Under the pieces are notes generated by a model. That model had not been told where the DNA came from. It saw nothing but the letters and a program-made list of their open reading frames with translations, and did not search any database. A DNA stretch of 33,118 bases from positions 1-33,118 of the forward strand of contig JBJTMZ010000003.1 in NCBI GenBank assembly GCA_046073805.1, written 5' to 3'. Below, one piece after another: positions 1-9,088 of this stretch. Within the stretch, counting starts at the first letter, position 1. Each line of letters begins with the position of its first letter. Source of the stretch: Aquirufa sp. Lineage in GTDB: Bacteria > Bacteroidota > Bacteroidia > Cytophagales > Spirosomataceae. The position numbers and the translations under genes are program-made.

Positions 1-1584
1 ATTAGATGCAAGGAAGTCGGCAACGCTTTTATAAGCAATTCGACCATTCCAAGCATTCACAAAACCATAATTGATGTTGTAAAGCTCGTTGTGCGTACCT
101 ACTAAGAACGTATGATCACCTTTGAACCAAGTAAAGTTATCTGTGATTTCAAAGGTCTTTTGCTTCATGTTAAAGACCGTCGCCTCACGTTCATTTCCTA
201 AGAAAATTGTTCCACCATTCGCAGAAATCTCTACTTGTGGGAAAGCAAAATTTGAGCTAGACGGCGTACGGTAATCTCTGATATCTGAGTATCCCAAAAT
301 CAAGCTGTTTGATGCACTACCAAAGTGACTCTTTAATTCCGCAACCGTTGAGTTTGTTTGATTGTGTTGTGTAAAGTCCATCGAACCAAAACGGAAGTTG
401 GCCGCATCGCGCTCTAAGTTTGTCGCCTCTGAAATTACATAAGAGTTACGAATCGATAATTGGTGCTTATCTGAAATGTTCCAGTCCAAACGGTTGAAGA
501 ACTTCGTGCTTTTCGAATAGATTGAATAATCGCCGAATGCGCCTGGATCAAATCCGTATTTTGAATTCACGAAAGATGAGATTTGATTCGCAGTTGCTTC
601 ATCAATAATTCCACCTTTGTCGCCTGCTTTGTAGAAAAGTGGCTCGTTGCGACGTGTAATTTCTTCGTTCGTAAATAAGAACAATTTGTTCTTGATCAAT
701 GGTAAGCCTAAACGGAAACCAGTTTGATAATCAGAATAACCACTTGGAATAGATGCACCATCACCCGCGTTGTTTGGACCCGTTAAGAATGCATTACGAC
801 CATACCCATAAACGGAACCTTTTACTTGGTTGGTTCCCGTACGCGTTACCGCATTGATTGAACCACCCGTAAAGTTTCCGATTTTCACGTCATAAGGTGC
901 TACATAAACTTGTACGTCTTGGATGGCATCCAACGAAATAGGGTTCGTACGAGTACTTGAACCTGGCATACCTGAAGTACCTGATTGACCCCCTAATGAA
1001 GGGCTAAATCCAATCGCGTCATTGTTGATAGTACCATCGACCGTCACGTTGTTATAACGGAAGTTGGTCCCTGCAAACGAGTTGCTTGAACTTCCTTGCG
1101 GCGTAAGACGTGTCATATCAGTTAAGCTACGATTCAAGGTAGGAACCGCTTTGATCGATGTCTCGCTGATCGTAGTTACCGAACCGGTACGTGTACCGCC
1201 TTTATCTGCTTTTACGACAACCTCAGTCAAGGTAGTTGTCTCTTCCGAGATAACCACATTTACATTGGGGTTAACGCCAAGCGTTAAGTTTAAATTTTCA
1301 GCTTTGAAAGTTTGGTAACCCACAAACGAAACAGTTAACGTATATGGCCCACCTGGGTTCATATTTGCTAATACAAAGTTTCCATCTAATTGGGTTGCCA
1401 CTCCGTAACGAGTACCTGTCGGAGTATGAACTAAAACAACGTTGGCCCCTGGAATCTCCTCTCCTTTACTATCCTTCACCTTTCCACTAACCGTAGATGT
1501 CGTAATTTGCGCATTTGAATCAAATGCAAAAACGGCTAAAATGATCATTATCAGCGCGATTGCTGACTTTTTTAAATTGTACAT
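1..1584 (-). CDS. TonB-dependent receptor, Oar-like, with N-terminal carboxypeptidase-regulatory-like domain (3' end outside window)
   Basis: Absent from the ORF track because it is truncated. Manual translation from ATG 1584: MYNLKKSAIALIMIILAVFAFDSNAQITTSTVSGKVKD...GGPYTLTVSFVGY...NNVTVDG...NPISLDAIQDVQVYVAPYDVKIGNFTGGSINAVTRTGTN. Signal peptide plus Oar-type plug motifs; frame stays open to base 1. Confidence 0.92.
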   Translation of the reverse strand, partial: MYNLKKSAIALIMIILAVFAFDSNAQITTSTVSGKVKDSKGEEIPGANVVLVHTPTGTRYGVATQLDGNFVLANMNPGGPYTLTVSFVGYQTFKAENLNLTLGVNPNVNVVISEETTTLTEVVVKADKGGTRTGSVTTISETSIKAVPTLNRSLTDMTRLTPQGSSSNSFAGTNFRYNNVTVDGTINNDAIGFSPSLGGQSGTSGMPGSSTRTNPISLDAIQDVQVYVAPYDVKIGNFTGGSINAVTRTGTNQVKGSVYGYGRNAFLTGPNNAGDGASIPSGYSDYQTGFRLGLPLIKNKLFLFTNEEITRRNEPLFYKAGDKGGIIDEATANQISSFVNSKYGFDPGAFGDYSIYSKSTKFFNRLDWNISDKHQLSIRNSYVISEATNLERDAANFRFGSMDFTQHNQTNSTVAELKSHFGSASNSLILGYSDIRDYRTPSSSNFAFPQVEISANGGTIFLGNEREATVFNMKQKTFEITDNFTWFKGDHTFLVGTHNELYNINYGFVNAWNGRIAYKSVADFLASN

Positions 1585-1611
1585 TTTTTATATTGGTTGT
1601 TTTAACGATTG

Positions 1612-1678
1612 CAAAGGTAACATGCAACATTATCTACAATGTTAAGGAATTGTTAAGAGAATTTAACCGAATGGTTAA
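1612..1678 (-). promoter_or_regulatory. -7 box (TACCTTTG, 1612-1619) with upstream 11-bp-periodic TTAA(C) repeats; candidate Pho box array
   Basis: TTAA at 1642, 1653, 1663, 1675 and ATAA at 1630, i.e. 23/34/44/56/11 nt from the -7 T. Confidence 0.7.
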
Positions 1679-1694
1679 CATCGAATAGCCAGAT

Positions 1695-1729
1695 AAAAAA
1701 AGAGGCTCAAATACGATTTAAGCCTCTTT
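1695..1729 (-). terminator. Rho-independent terminator of pit
   Basis: Stem AAAGAGGCT/AGCCTCTTT with a U-run on the minus strand, just past the pit stop. Confidence 0.8.
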
Positions 1730-1751
1730 ATAATATCTAAATAATGAATTT

Positions 1752-3209
1752 CTATCCCGTAATCCAGCGGAAGAAAACGAACAAAGTCGCTGATAAAATA
1801 ATGGTAATCGGCAAGGTTAATACCCATGCCATCACAATATTTTTCACTGTTCCCCCTTGTAAATTTTTAATACCACGATTAGCCACCATGGTTCCTGCAA
1901 TACCCGATGACAACACGTGTGTGGTACTCACAGGCCATTTGTAAGCGGTTGCTAATCCGATTGTTAGTGAGGCAATTAATTCTGCGGATGCACCCTGCGC
2001 GTAGGTCAAATGGTTCTTACCAATTTTCTCGCCAATGGTTACGACGATACGCTTCCAACCAACCATTGTTCCGAGTCCCAACGAAAGGGCTACTAACCAC
2101 ATGACCCAAGCCGGAGCGAAATCGGTAACTCCTGCCAAGCCTGTAGAGGAACTTGCTCCGTACGAAATAAATGGAGCTTTTTTGCCAGCGGTTGCGACTT
2201 TTAATGTATTCAAGTCTGTTGCAGACAAAGCAACGGATTCGCTTTCAATCAATTTTTTGGCATTCTTATTGATTGTTAAAGCCGCCTTACGAATTTGAAA
2301 CTTTTGATCTACGGATAATTTTGAAGTGGTCAACCCGTCCGCCAAGATTAAATTTAATTCGTCGCTTGCTTTCAACACCTTATGATAACTTTCTACTTCC
2401 TTTTCAGATAACGGTACGGTATCAATCTTCGCAACGATTTGTCTTACTTGCGTCAAGCTCGTTTTCACTTCCACAAGATTCAAATTCGTATTTACAGCGA
2501 AATAACCTGGAAGAAAGGCGATTAAAATCACCATGACTAAACCGATGCCTTTTTGACCGTCGTTCCGTCCGTGGAAAAAGGAAACCAAAGTACAGGTCGT
2601 TACCAAAATTGCGCGAATCCACATCGGTGGAGGTGTCGATTTCTTAGGCTCTTTGAAAATATCTTTATTCTGAACAGTTTTCTTTAAGATATACATTAAG
2701 ATAATAGCTAATGCAAAACCAAAAATTGGTGATAGCAATAAGGCTTGTCCAATTTCGATCGCTTTATCCCAATTGATCGCCGAAATTCCCTTATTCGAAT
2801 TCTCCGGCAAAAGCGCGTGACCCACGCCAATTCCGATGATTGAACCAATCAATGTATGTGAACTCGATGCGGGAATTCCCAAATACCATGTACCCAAGTT
2901 CCATAAAATAGCCGAAATTAATAAGGCTAAAGCCATCGCCATGGAATGGTAGACATTTGCATCAATGAGCAGCTCGGTGGGGAGCAATCCAATAATACTC
3001 ATGGTGACACCTACCCCGCCTGTTAAAAGGCCTAAAAAGTTCATAAAACCCGACCAAACCACAGCTTGCGTGGGTTTTAAAGAGTGCGTATAAATAACGG
3101 TAGCTACTGCATTCGCGGTATCATGAAAGCCATTGACAAATTCAAAAGCACAGGCCGCAAACAGACAGAAGAACAGTAAAAAGAGGAGAGTTGGATCGAG
3201 TCCGAACAT
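1752..3209 (-). CDS. pit: Inorganic phosphate transporter, PiT (PHO4) family
   Basis: NGFHDTANAVAT, PASSSH, HGRNDGQK and PVSTTH motifs with a large soluble insert. Start moved to ATG 3209 (MFGLDPT) because a -7 box lies at 3245-3252. Confidence 0.95.
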   Translation of the reverse strand: MFGLDPTLLFLLFFCLFAACAFEFVNGFHDTANAVATVIYTHSLKPTQAVVWSGFMNFLGLLTGGVGVTMSIIGLLPTELLIDANVYHSMAMALALLISAILWNLGTWYLGIPASSSHTLIGSIIGIGVGHALLPENSNKGISAINWDKAIEIGQALLLSPIFGFALAIILMYILKKTVQNKDIFKEPKKSTPPPMWIRAILVTTCTLVSFFHGRNDGQKGIGLVMVILIAFLPGYFAVNTNLNLVEVKTSLTQVRQIVAKIDTVPLSEKEVESYHKVLKASDELNLILADGLTTSKLSVDQKFQIRKAALTINKNAKKLIESESVALSATDLNTLKVATAGKKAPFISYGASSSTGLAGVTDFAPAWVMWLVALSLGLGTMVGWKRIVVTIGEKIGKNHLTYAQGASAELIASLTIGLATAYKWPVSTTHVLSSGIAGTMVANRGIKNLQGGTVKNIVMAWVLTLPITIILSATLFVFFRWITG

Positions 3210-3244
3210 AGTTAAAGATATAAAAAGTTCACAATTGAATTTTT

Positions 3245-3289
3245 CAAAAATACAACAATGCTCAAACTTTAACATTATCGAATTGTTAA
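3245..3289 (-). promoter_or_regulatory. pit promoter: -7 TATTTTTG plus two repeats (TTAACA-n5-ATAATG)
   Basis: Repeats at 3275 and 3286, 23 and 34 nt from the -7 T at 3252. Confidence 0.6.
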
Positions 3290-3436
3290 AAGCTGCGAAT
3301 AAAATTTTGTAGCCTCTGCATCTTTTAAAAAATCATTACCAATTAAGCACGAAAGATAATATATCAATAAATTACAGGAAACCTCGTGTTTAATTGTAAT
3401 GTGCAATTTTATGCATCGAATGATATAAGCTCATTG

Positions 3437-4357
3437 ATGAACAGAAGAGCCTTACTACAACAACTCGGAATTATTTCCGGAGCCCTTAGTTTGCCACTTA
3501 CAGGTCAAGCCAAATCTTCAGCCCCTCAAAAGCCCTTTCGAATTGCCCACATCACCGATGTACACATGATGCCACTCATTGGCGCAGCAAAAGGTTTTTC
3601 GAAATGTCTTGATCACATTCAAAGCTTGCCAGTTAAACCAGATTTAATTATCAACAGTGGCGATGCCATCATGGATGCGCACAGGAGCGGACGAAATGTA
3701 GCTGAAAAGCAATGGAAACTTTGGAATGAGGTAGTGGGGAAAGAACTTTCAACGCCTATCGTACAGTCCCTGGGAAACCATGATATCTGGGTAAAAAACG
3801 AAACACCACAATCCATTTTAGATGGTAAAAAATGGGCACTCGATGAATTAAAAGAATCCCAAAGCTACTATGCTAAAGATTTAGGAAACTGGCATCTAAT
3901 CAGTCTAGATAGCATCAGCCCAAATCACGAGGGACAATGGTATACCGGTAAAATTGATGAGGCGCAAATGGATTGGCTCAACAATGAACTAGCTGCCATA
4001 CCTTCATTTAAGCCCATCATGATTGTATCGCATATTCCAATTTTAGCTGCTTGTATCTTTTTTGATGGGAATCGATTCGAGAAAAACCAATGGAACATTC
4101 CAGGAAGATGGATGCACGAAGACGCTGCGCAATTAAAGGATTTGTTCTTGAAGTACCCGAATATAAAACTTGCCATCAGTGGACATATCCATTTATTAGA
4201 TCGAGTAGAATACAATGGCGTAACCTATTGCTGCAATGGAGCTGTCAGTGGCGCTTGGTGGAGTGGAAATTACCAACAAACCCAACCCGGTTATGCATTG
4301 ATCGATTTATATCCTGATGGAAAATTTACTAATACATATACAAATTATCAATCCTAA
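3437..4357 (+). CDS. Tat-exported calcineurin-like metallophosphoesterase (GpdQ/CpdA-like)
   Basis: Twin-arginine signal MNRRALLQQLG (ATG 3437); motifs DVH, SGD, GNHD, SH and GHIH. Confidence 0.88.
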   Translation: MNRRALLQQLGIISGALSLPLTGQAKSSAPQKPFRIAHITDVHMMPLIGAAKGFSKCLDHIQSLPVKPDLIINSGDAIMDAHRSGRNVAEKQWKLWNEVVGKELSTPIVQSLGNHDIWVKNETPQSILDGKKWALDELKESQSYYAKDLGNWHLISLDSISPNHEGQWYTGKIDEAQMDWLNNELAAIPSFKPIMIVSHIPILAACIFFDGNRFEKNQWNIPGRWMHEDAAQLKDLFLKYPNIKLAISGHIHLLDRVEYNGVTYCCNGAVSGAWWSGNYQQTQPGYALIDLYPDGKFTNTYTNYQS

Positions 4358-4376
4358 AATTTATTAATCAATATTC

Positions 4377-5288
4377 ATGAAAACAATTAAATTAAATACA
4401 GGAAAAGAGCTTGGCCTCGGAAAGCCTTGCTACATTATAGCTGAAATTGGAATCAACCACAACGGATCTTTAGAAACTGCCAAGCAATTAATTGATGCTG
4501 CCGTTGAAGCAAAAGTAGATGCCGTGAAATTTCAAAAAAGAACGCCGGAAATTTGCGTACCAAAAGATCAGTGGGAAATTGTTCGCGATACTCCATGGGG
4601 TAAAATGACTTACATCGACTACAAGCGCAAAACAGAATTTGGTATTTTAGAATATTCTGAAATAGATAATTACTGCAAATCAAAGGGAATTGATTGGTTC
4701 GCATCTGCTTGGGATGAGCCATCTGTTGATTTCATGGAGCAATTCGAACCTGTCATGTATAAATTGGCATCTGCATCTTTGACTGATGATGCACTTATCC
4801 GCAAAATTTGTGAAACAGGTAGACCGATTATGATTTCAACAGGTATGTCACGTATTGATGAAATCACATTTGCAGTGGAATTAATTCGTGAATATGGCGA
4901 TTATCCATTAATGATTGCTCATGCTACATCGGCTTATCCATGTAAGCCAGAGGAATTAAACTTGCGTATGATCAACACCTTGCAACAAATGTACCCTGAA
5001 TACATCATCGGTTACTCAGGCCACGAAACTGGATTAAGCACAACGGTTTCAGCAGTAGCCATTGGTGCCCAATTTGTGGAACGCCACTTTACATTAGATC
5101 GTGCCATGTGGGGATCAGATCACGCGGCTTCAGTAGAACCTCAAGGTTTCGTTCGTTTGGTAAAAGACATACGCGACACAGAAACGGCTTTAGGCGATGG
5201 CGTAAAAGTTGTCTATGAAAGCGAAATCGGGCCGATGAAGAAATTACGAGTTAATATAACAGAAAGTAGATTAGTAGATACACTATAA
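4377..5288 (+). CDS. neuB: NeuB-family (N-acetylneuraminate/KDN/nonulosonate) synthase, short form without the C-terminal antifreeze-like domain
   Basis: IIAEIGINHNG, VKFQKR, ISTGMS, SAYP, GYSGHE and ERHFTLDR...GSDH motifs; only 303 aa. Confidence 0.93.
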   Translation: MKTIKLNTGKELGLGKPCYIIAEIGINHNGSLETAKQLIDAAVEAKVDAVKFQKRTPEICVPKDQWEIVRDTPWGKMTYIDYKRKTEFGILEYSEIDNYCKSKGIDWFASAWDEPSVDFMEQFEPVMYKLASASLTDDALIRKICETGRPIMISTGMSRIDEITFAVELIREYGDYPLMIAHATSAYPCKPEELNLRMINTLQQMYPEYIIGYSGHETGLSTTVSAVAIGAQFVERHFTLDRAMWGSDHAASVEPQGFVRLVKDIRDTETALGDGVKVVYESEIGPMKKLRVNITESRLVDTL

Positions 5289-5293
5289 TTCCT

Positions 5294-6097
5294 ATGCAGT
5301 TGTCGGCAACACAACTCTGTTCCTTCATTCTCGTTATTGGTACATTACTGCTCATTTTTTTAGAAAGGAAATTCCCCTATCGTAGGGGAATTCCTTTTTT
5401 CAGAGAGGGCTTCTGGACCGATGTCATCGGGTATACGATCATTCAAAGTTTTTTATTGAAGATTCTCATCTTCGATTACATCATAACGCCCATCCAACAT
5501 GCATCGGCATGGCATGGTTTTCCCCAAATTACGTCTTGGCCAGTTTGGTTACAGGTTTTGTTTTTCCTAGTTACCCACGACTTGTACATCTATTGGTTCC
5601 ATCGCTGGCAACATGCCAATAAAATTTTATGGCGAACTCATGAAGCACATCATTCGAATCAAGAAGTTGATTGGATTGCCGGAACTCGTTCTCATTCCTT
5701 GGAAATAATAATTAATCAAACGATTGAATTTTTACCCATTTTTATCTTGGGAGCCGATCCCGTGGTAGTTCCTATTAAGGGCTTAATCGATGGGCTATGG
5801 GGCATGTTTATTCATGCGAATTTACAATTCAGTTTTGGCCGACTTAAATACATTTTTAACGGGCCCGAGTTTCATCTTTGGCATCATGCCAACCATCTAG
5901 AGGTATTTCATGCTAACTTCGCTACGAAATTTAGTATTTGGGATAAACTATTTGGAACTTTATACGAAACGAAAGAAAAACCTGTAAAATGGGGACTTTA
6001 TTACGAATTTCCCAAAAACTATTTTGCCCAGCATGTCTACGCATTTTATCGTTGGACATTTAAGCGGCTCGATGAACAAACACCAAAAAATGAGTAA
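5294..6097 (+). CDS. Sterol desaturase / fatty acid hydroxylase family membrane di-iron enzyme
   Basis: His boxes HRWQH, HEAHH and HLWHH, plus hydrophobic segments. Confidence 0.9.
   Translation: MQLSATQLCSFILVIGTLLLIFLERKFPYRRGIPFFREGFWTDVIGYTIIQSFLLKILIFDYIITPIQHASAWHGFPQITSWPVWLQVLFFLVTHDLYIYWFHRWQHANKILWRTHEAHHSNQEVDWIAGTRSHSLEIIINQTIEFLPIFILGADPVVVPIKGLIDGLWGMFIHANLQFSFGRLKYIFNGPEFHLWHHANHLEVFHANFATKFSIWDKLFGTLYETKEKPVKWGLYYEFPKNYFAQHVYAFYRWTFKRLDEQTPKNE
5364..5400 (+). terminator. Intragenic terminator-like hairpin in the 5' end of the hydroxylase gene
   Basis: Perfect 10-bp stem AATTCCCCTA-tcg-TAGGGGAATT, extended by AAAGG/CCTTT and followed by T6. Confidence 0.45.
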
Positions 6098-6455
6098 AGC
6101 TTGGATATTCCTTATACTTGCGGCCATATTTGAAACTGGCTGGACCTATGCCTTAAAATTCATGAGCTTTTCTAGCTTAAAAACAGCTTGGTCAAGCCAA
6201 GAAAATTTAGGTGCCGCCTCAATTCCATTTATCGCCTATGTGTTTTTTGGCGGAGGGAACATCTATTGTCTCTCGGTGGCATTGAAAGACATTCCTACTT
6301 CCACAGCCATTGCTATTTGGACAGCTGTTTCATTGGTTTTAATCAAAATATGTGATGTTTGGTACTTTAAACAGGCGACCAATTATACGGAATTATTCTT
6401 CCTAACACTGATAGTCATTGGGATTATCGGGATGAAACAATACAGCGCTAATTAA
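6090..6455 (+). CDS. SMR/DMT family small multidrug-resistance-type membrane protein
   Basis: MSKAWIFLILAAIFETGW (conserved TM1 Glu) and IPTSTAIAIWTA; four TM helices. ATG 6090 overlaps the upstream stop. Confidence 0.88.
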   Translation: MSKAWIFLILAAIFETGWTYALKFMSFSSLKTAWSSQENLGAASIPFIAYVFFGGGNIYCLSVALKDIPTSTAIAIWTAVSLVLIKICDVWYFKQATNYTELFFLTLIVIGIIGMKQYSAN

Positions 6456-6942
6456 TACCTTTCGCGGCTAAAATTAACTCCGCCATTTCTCGAAAACAGC
6501 CGGATCCCCCCGGTAACTGTAAAACAATATCTGCTTGCTGCGTCACTTGCGGTAATGCATCCGATGGGCAAAAGAAAACCCCAACAAATGGGCGAACGAC
6601 AAGATCATTAACATCATCCCCTATATAAGCAATCTGTTCAGGACTCAAGGAAAAACGTTCTAGGATTTCCAGAAGCACACGCTCTTTGTCTTTAATTCCT
6701 AAATGCAACTCCGTAATATTTAATTTCGCAGCTCTTTGCTTAACAGAAGGAGACATTTCTCCTGTAATTATTCCCGTAGGTACCGAGGCCCATTTCCGTA
6801 AACGCTCCACCCCCATACCATCACGAATATTAAATTTCTTTAACACCTCACCTTGCTCCCCATAATACACGCCGCCATCCGTCAATACTCCGTCGCAATC
6901 TGTCAAAACTAATTTAATTGCTGCTAATCGTGCTTCCATCAT
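6448..6942 (-). CDS. kdsC: KdsC-family HAD phosphatase (KDO-8-P / KDN-9-P phosphatase-like)
   Basis: DCDGVLTDG, FNIRDGMG, GIITG and YIGDDVND motifs. Confidence 0.92.
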   Translation of the reverse strand: MMEARLAAIKLVLTDCDGVLTDGGVYYGEQGEVLKKFNIRDGMGVERLRKWASVPTGIITGEMSPSVKQRAAKLNITELHLGIKDKERVLLEILERFSLSPEQIAYIGDDVNDLVVRPFVGVFFCPSDALPQVTQQADIVLQLPGGSGCFREMAELILAAKGIN

Positions 6943-6948
6943 TTTTAA

Positions 6949-7752
6949 TTAAATACAAGTGAATCCTCCGTCGACTACCAAATTCGCTCCAGTCATATAA
7001 GCCGACGCATCACTCGCCAAAAATACCAAAGCTCCTGCATAATCCGTGGACTTAGCCATTCTTTTCAAAGGTGTTTTCGCCGAATAATTTTGTTGAAAAA
7101 ATTCGGATTGTCCATTTTCAACCCCACCCGGCGAAAGCGTATTCACGCGTATTCCCTGATCACCCCAATAGGCCGCTAGGTAACGGGTAAAATTAATCAC
7201 GGCTCCTTTCGTTGTCGGGTAAGCGGGCGTCTTGTAAAACAATTGCTCCCCCTTTTCATTTTTGTATAATTGTTGGTCAGGACCGACCATCCCATATGTC
7301 GATGCAATGTTGATAATACTACCCCCCCCTTTTGCCAACATTTGCTTACCGAATTGTTGGCAAACCAAAAACATTCCCATCACATTTACCTCCCAAGATT
7401 TTTGAAACATCGCGACGGGATAATTTTCAAAGGCAGATTGCGCGAGAATATCCGCCGACTCCTGAAAATGATCATTGATCGCGGCATTATTAACTATAAT
7501 ATCAACCCCTCCAGAACGCACTAAAACCCGGCTAGCTGCCGCCTGAACGGAATTTTCATCTGCAATGTTCATACCAATCCCGTAAGAATTTGATCCAAGC
7601 TCTCGAGCAAATACCTCACAATTTTCTTCCATAATATCCGCCACAATCACAGTAGCTCCAGCCTCAGCCAAAGCTCGACAATGTTCTTTGCCGATTAATC
7701 CCAAAGCTCCCGTCACCAAGGCAACCTTCCCCGACAATTCAAATAATTGCAT
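6949..7752 (-). CDS. SDR family NAD(P)-dependent oxidoreductase (PtmA-like, of the type found in ulosonate clusters)
   Basis: TGALGLIG, NNAA, catalytic YPTTK, NTLSPGG and NLVVDGG motifs. Confidence 0.9.
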   Translation of the reverse strand: MQLFELSGKVALVTGALGLIGKEHCRALAEAGATVIVADIMEENCEVFARELGSNSYGIGMNIADENSVQAAASRVLVRSGGVDIIVNNAAINDHFQESADILAQSAFENYPVAMFQKSWEVNVMGMFLVCQQFGKQMLAKGGGSIINIASTYGMVGPDQQLYKNEKGEQLFYKTPAYPTTKGAVINFTRYLAAYWGDQGIRVNTLSPGGVENGQSEFFQQNYSAKTPLKRMAKSTDYAGALVFLASDASAYMTGANLVVDGGFTCI

Positions 7753-9086
7753 TAATTTTTCGGTTTAATATTATGGTCACTAATCTTTCTGAATACGGCC
7801 TCTAAGACCTCGCCTTTCAATTGGCTTTTCACCGAATTTGATTCGATGGCAGCTTTTAGTCGAGGGAGTATTTCGGCATAGGCCGACAATGTATACTCCA
7901 TGTCTTCTTGACTATGGCTGTAGCACATGTTGTGAAAACCTCCCCATAAAATGCCCTTTTGCAATAATTCCTGTTGCATGAAGGTTTTTAACTCCAGGGC
8001 ATCTTGACCAGGTGCGGCATAGGTTAACATCGTCCGACAAGGATATCCGACACAACTTGTAATATCCGACATGCCTAAGTCTTTCGCTAATTGATTATAT
8101 GAATCTTGCATGAATTTGCCTTTCGCTGCTAATACGGAAGATACCTGATGCTCTTCCATGAATTGAATGGTAGCTTGGCAGGCAGCTAAGGAAAGTGCTT
8201 CTCCTCCGAAAGTGGTATAGGAGAAAACATCGTGATCAAATAAGGACATGACATCTTTTCGCCCCGTTAATATCGCGATAGGCATGCCGTTCGCACAAGC
8301 TTTAGAAAATGTAGCTAGATCTGCTTTTACTCCAAAAAACTCCTGTGCTCCACCTAAGGCAATTCGGAAGCCTGACCACATTTCATCAAAAATCAATAAG
8401 GTTCCGTTTTGACGACATATTTCAGCCAATTCTTGTAAAAACCCTTCCTGCGGTTTCTCGAAAATGAACGGCTCCAAAATCACGCATGCTACGGTTTCAT
8501 CCAAGGCATTTTTAATGGATTCAATATCATTAAACGCGAAGGTATAACTTAAGTTTTTGATAGACTCCGGAATGCCTTTGCCTCGCGACGTGATTCCGAT
8601 ATACCAGTCATGCCAACCGTGATATCCACAACAAAATACATATTCTCGGCCTGTAAACGCTCTCGCAACACGAACAGCTGCAGAGGTCACATCGGCCCCT
8701 GTTTTACTGAATTTAACAGCCTCCGCATTGGGAATGATTTGAGAAATTTTTTCTGCTACTTCTACTTCTAAGGGATGCATTAATGAAAAGGTAATTCCAT
8801 CTTCCAATTGCTCCTTGATTGCGGAATCGATTTCAGGAATGCAATATCCCAATGAAAGCGGACCAATCCCCATATTAAAGTCAATATATTCATTGCCATC
8901 CACATCCCATACGCGCGCGCCTTTCCCCTTCTTTAAATAAATTGGAGATACGCCTTTGGAAAATTGTCCAGGGCCTTTGGCCAAGGTTTGGGTAATCGGA
9001 TGTTGAACTTGCAGACCACGCGCATACAACGACTGTGATTCTTGAATCTGCGGAAGTTCCGCGTTAAATTGAACCTTATTTTTCAT
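7752..9086 (-). CDS. Class III PLP aminotransferase (GSA-aminomutase-like fold; probable sugar aminotransferase)
   Basis: WDVDGNEYID, GYHGW, LIFDE and ATFSK (PLP Lys) motifs. KTGADV replaces the HemL NSGTEA motif; sits in a sugar-cluster context. Confidence 0.88.
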   Translation of the reverse strand: MKNKVQFNAELPQIQESQSLYARGLQVQHPITQTLAKGPGQFSKGVSPIYLKKGKGARVWDVDGNEYIDFNMGIGPLSLGYCIPEIDSAIKEQLEDGITFSLMHPLEVEVAEKISQIIPNAEAVKFSKTGADVTSAAVRVARAFTGREYVFCCGYHGWHDWYIGITSRGKGIPESIKNLSYTFAFNDIESIKNALDETVACVILEPFIFEKPQEGFLQELAEICRQNGTLLIFDEMWSGFRIALGGAQEFFGVKADLATFSKACANGMPIAILTGRKDVMSLFDHDVFSYTTFGGEALSLAACQATIQFMEEHQVSSVLAAKGKFMQDSYNQLAKDLGMSDITSCVGYPCRTMLTYAAPGQDALELKTFMQQELLQKGILWGGFHNMCYSHSQEDMEYTLSAYAEILPRLKAAIESNSVKSQLKGEVLEAVFRKISDHNIKPKN

Positions 9087-9088
9087 GA

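Noticed and set aside
1064-1645. Short + strand ORFs (1064-1318, 1442-1645)
   Set aside because: Antisense shadows of the truncated TBDT on the minus strand.
7752-9086. Calling the aminotransferase hemL
   Set aside because: It lacks the NSGTEA-type signature and sits in a sugar-nucleotide operon with no heme genes.
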